A stretch of 64,000 bases of DNA, taken from contig NW_024704743.1 in assembly GCF_018977255.1 (NCBI RefSeq), positions 29,948,001-30,012,000 of the forward strand, read 5' to 3'. Positions 62,728 to 64,000 of this stretch are shown in pieces. Positions within the stretch are counted from its first letter, which is position 1. Each line of letters opens with the position of its first letter. The translations under genes were made by a program, and so were the position numbers. The notes under the pieces were generated by a model. The model saw only the letters and a list, made by a program, of their open reading frames with translations. It ran no database searches and was not told the DNA's origin. Origin of the DNA: Callorhinchus milii. Taxonomy: Eukaryota.

Positions 62728-63036
62728 GTGGAGTCCTGTAGCTCAGTGGTTAGAGCACTCGCTTTGCAAGTGAGAGACCTGAGTTCAATTCCAGGCAGGG
62801 CGAAACCTTGGGCAAGTTTCCTTACTCCACACGCCTAATAATAATCCCTCCAAAAAAAAAAACAATAATTAAATTGGTCATTTTCAATCTACGACTGTTT
62901 GTGGGACATTGCTGTGCGCAATTGGCTGCCGCGTTCGCCCACAAATATACAGTCAATTCACTTTACAGTGTGTTCTGTGAAGCGCTTTGGGACGTCCTCC
63001 CGACGTGAAAAGCGCTATATTAAATGCAAGGATTAT
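62728..63036 (+). mobile_element. Youngest SINE subfamily, full length
   Basis: Near-identical to the copy at 27754. Confidence 0.93.
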
Positions 63037-63083
63037 AGGATTATTTCAATTTTATTGTTGGCCTTTGTCAACAATAAAATATG

Positions 63084-63455
63084 TGTCAGCCTGGCTTATT
63101 GATGGCACTCTTGCCTCTGAGTCAGAAGGTCTAAGTCAAGATGACACTCCAATGGTGGTGTGTTGCATTGTCGGAAGTGCCTTCCTTCAGATGAGAGACT
63201 AAACTGAGGACCTGACTGCCTGGACGTTAAAAACCCCATGAAACTATTTGAAAAGAAAAGTGTCCTGGCCAACAAATTCCCCCAATAAAATTGGCCACTC
63301 ACTCCATGGCTGTTTTGGGGACATTGCTGACTCCTGAGTTTCGCCCGCAAAATACACAGTCACTCCACTTTACAGTATATCATGTGAAGCGCTTTGAGAT
63401 GACTCAATGATGTGTTAATTTGCTATATCAAACAAATCAAATACAAGGATCATTA
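63084..63455 (+). mobile_element. Old tRNA-Deu-L2 SINE
   Basis: Head ggcactcttgcctctgagtcagaagg; Deu body; tail. Confidence 0.78.
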
Positions 63456-64000
63456 TATGTTGCCTCTATAATTGTGTCCCATGTTTTAGAACTAACCTTT
63501 TTTTAGTAGGAAATTATTTAGCCAATTGAAGAATAAAGTTATTCAAGAGCATGGGAGTAGGATCGGGGAAGATATCTCCATTGGGAAGCAGTGGAACAAA
63601 CTACGCATGTTAACATTAGATTGCAATTGGACAAAAAAACAAAGAATTTTGTATTACTGTGCGGATTTTAAATATTCTAGTGCTCTTTAAATATTGGTTA
63701 AATTCAACCAATGGTGAATCTACAGGCACATTTGACTGAATTTATATTTTAATTCATTAATAAAGTTGCCTTTTTAGAATGGCAGAAACTACTTCTTCCC
63801 ACATTCAATTTCTGTTGAAGCGACTGAGAATTTGGGAATAGGGTTAGAATTTCTTGCTTCCCTGAATTACCCTTCAGAGGAGACTGGAAAGTCCATTAAT
63901 TCGCAGTGATCTGATTCTGTTTCTGGTGTCTGGAACATTTAACGGGCAAGATGAAAATTATACATGCAACTAAACTGTCCACCTAGTGCTATTTAAGATT

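Noticed and set aside
1..64000. CRISPR array, operons or prokaryotic defence systems
   Set aside because: The sequence is intron-containing vertebrate DNA; the tandem arrays have no unique spacers.

Overview
Vertebrate (eukaryotic) genomic DNA. Its repeat content (tRNA/Deu/L2-tail SINEs, L2 and CR1 LINEs) suggests a cartilaginous fish, possibly a chimaera; this is inference. Most ORFs in the supplied track are noise or repeat translations. Minus strand: the first six coding exons of ALDH5A1 (9036 to 748, continuing off the left edge; intron 2 has a GC donor) and a complete 11-exon MRS2 gene (26902/26938 to 14928). Plus strand: a probable DCDC2 exon 2 (38275-38326), with exon 1 most likely lost in the N-gap at 33776-33800. 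This is the human 6p22 block, but GPLD1, which lies between MRS2 and ALDH5A1 in human, is absent from the ~6 kb interval. Repeats include three related SINE generations forming a domain-swapping series (tRNA-Deu-L2; tRNA-Ala + CORE-like + 3' Deu + L2; an internally deleted form whose youngest copies carry the same 3' loop as local L2s). There is also a near-full-length decayed SPIN/OC1-type hAT transposon nested in a SINE and itself hit by two SINEs, a Tc1/mariner-type MITE, and three large GC-skewed minisatellites beside first exons. I found no clearly novel protein-coding system; the best leads are the SINE chimera series, the GPLD1 absence and the nested hAT element.
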